NCBI GenBank assembly: GCA_029717555.1
Contig: JAMDHS010000134.1
Location: forward strand, 1 to 35,676
Source: Peribolospora baueri
Taxonomy: Eukaryota
DNA: 35,676 nucleotides
Direction: 5' to 3'
The position numbers were made by a program, and so were the translations under genes. Within the stretch, counting starts at the first letter, position 1. Each line of letters opens with the position of its first letter. Below, piece after piece: positions 34,803 to 35,676 of this stretch. The notes beneath the pieces were generated by a model, which worked only from the letters and a program-made list of their open reading frames with translations, made no database searches and was not told the DNA's origin.

Positions 34803-35567
34803 TCAAGCCTTCTCGGCCACGACGACGTGTCCGGTTCCGTTGGCGGCGGTGGCCTTGTTGGCGCGCGCAATCTCCCTCTTCTCGCGCCTCAGCTGCTCGG
34901 CCTTGCGGATACCCCATCCGGACTGGAAGACGGTCTTGGTCTCCTCGAGACTCAGTCCGCTCGTGTCTGGGTAGCCGAATAGGATGCACACCCAGCCCAG
35001 GGCGCAGAGGCCGGCGTAGAAGCCGAAGGCGCCGGCGGGGGTGATGCGCTGTGAGCCGGGGAGGGTGGTGTGAAGAAAGAAAAGAAAAGAAAAGAAAAGA
35101 AAAGAGAAGAGAAGGTCAATCACGCAGGGAGGAATCGATGGGCTGGCCTCAAGAGCGACTCACGTCCATCAAGCTGAGATACGTGGCTCCGATGAGCAGG
35201 TTGGCGCCCCAGTTGCAGGCGGTCGCGGCGCTGGCGCCGAGACCGCGGACTTCCATGCCGAAAAGCTCGCCCTGTTGCCAGGGGACGTTGCCAGCTCCGG
35301 TGGCGTACTAGACGGGCGTATGAAGGGAAAGGTAGGGGAGGGGAGAAGAATGACATGACGCTCAGGACACCCGTCATGGCGCGACGTCGGAACAGAGGGC
35401 AAGGTCTAGAGGAAAACAAAAAACGCCGGAAAGGAGCTCACGCTGGCGACGTAAAAGATCATGGCGAGGATCAAGAGGCTTGACCAGACCCTGGGGTAGT
35501 TGTATGTGTCGGTGCCGCCGGAGGGCAGTCTATTGTTGGTGTGTATGGTGAGGAAGTGGAAGCAGAC
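34803..35567 (-). CDS. MFS sugar-porter family, myo-inositol transporter (ITR-like), C-terminal part (5' truncated by contig end)
   Basis: Exons 35567-35442, 35307-35164, 35048-34803 give [29 protein letters not shown]...[32 protein letters not shown]...[11 protein letters not shown], the ITR-type TM10-12 signature. Confidence 0.88.
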
Positions 35568-35676
35568 CTGGCGAGGCAACAAGGCAACAGAGGTAGGGCA
35601 TGAGTGAAACCGTCGAAAAGGAAAAGGACGGCTAGGAGACGTAGCGAAAAAAAAAAAAAAAAAAAAAAAAAAAAAA

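Noticed and set aside
1..35676. Terminal poly-T (4-32) and poly-A (35647-35676) as inverted termini or retro-element tails
   Set aside because: Both lie in inferred introns of truncated housekeeping genes, and shorter A/T runs occur throughout. Best explained as assembly breaks at homopolymers.

Overview
GC-rich, intron-rich fungal genomic contig, most likely a basidiomycete (GT-AG introns mostly 70-230 nt, abundant microsatellites); both ends fall in homopolymer runs inside introns. I spliced gene models by hand. In order: 3' end of CDC73 (+); a ~1,750-aa low-complexity hypothetical protein (+); purine nucleoside phosphorylase (+); a twin-CX9C protein not visible in the ORF track (-); tRNA adenosine deaminase TAD1 (+); NF-X1/FAP1 zinc-finger R3H protein (-); an intron-containing tRNA-Ser(UGA) (-); a YEA4/SLC35B4-type nucleotide-sugar transporter (+); ALG5 (+); CAF40/RCD1 (-); a ~4.9-kb accessory interval with a possible gene relic and a small secreted Pro-rich effector-like gene (+); RAI1/DXO (+); and the 3' end of a myo-inositol/sugar transporter (-). 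Most of the window is housekeeping, and I see no clearly new multi-gene system. The best leads are the secreted peptide (LxxR sites exposing a GNRMS N-terminus, with a palindromic CCGG element upstream), an exact 52-codon GT..AG-bounded insertion in CAF40, the hidden twin-CX9C gene, and an apparent excess of AAG splice acceptors. No database searches were run; family calls rest on recognised motifs.
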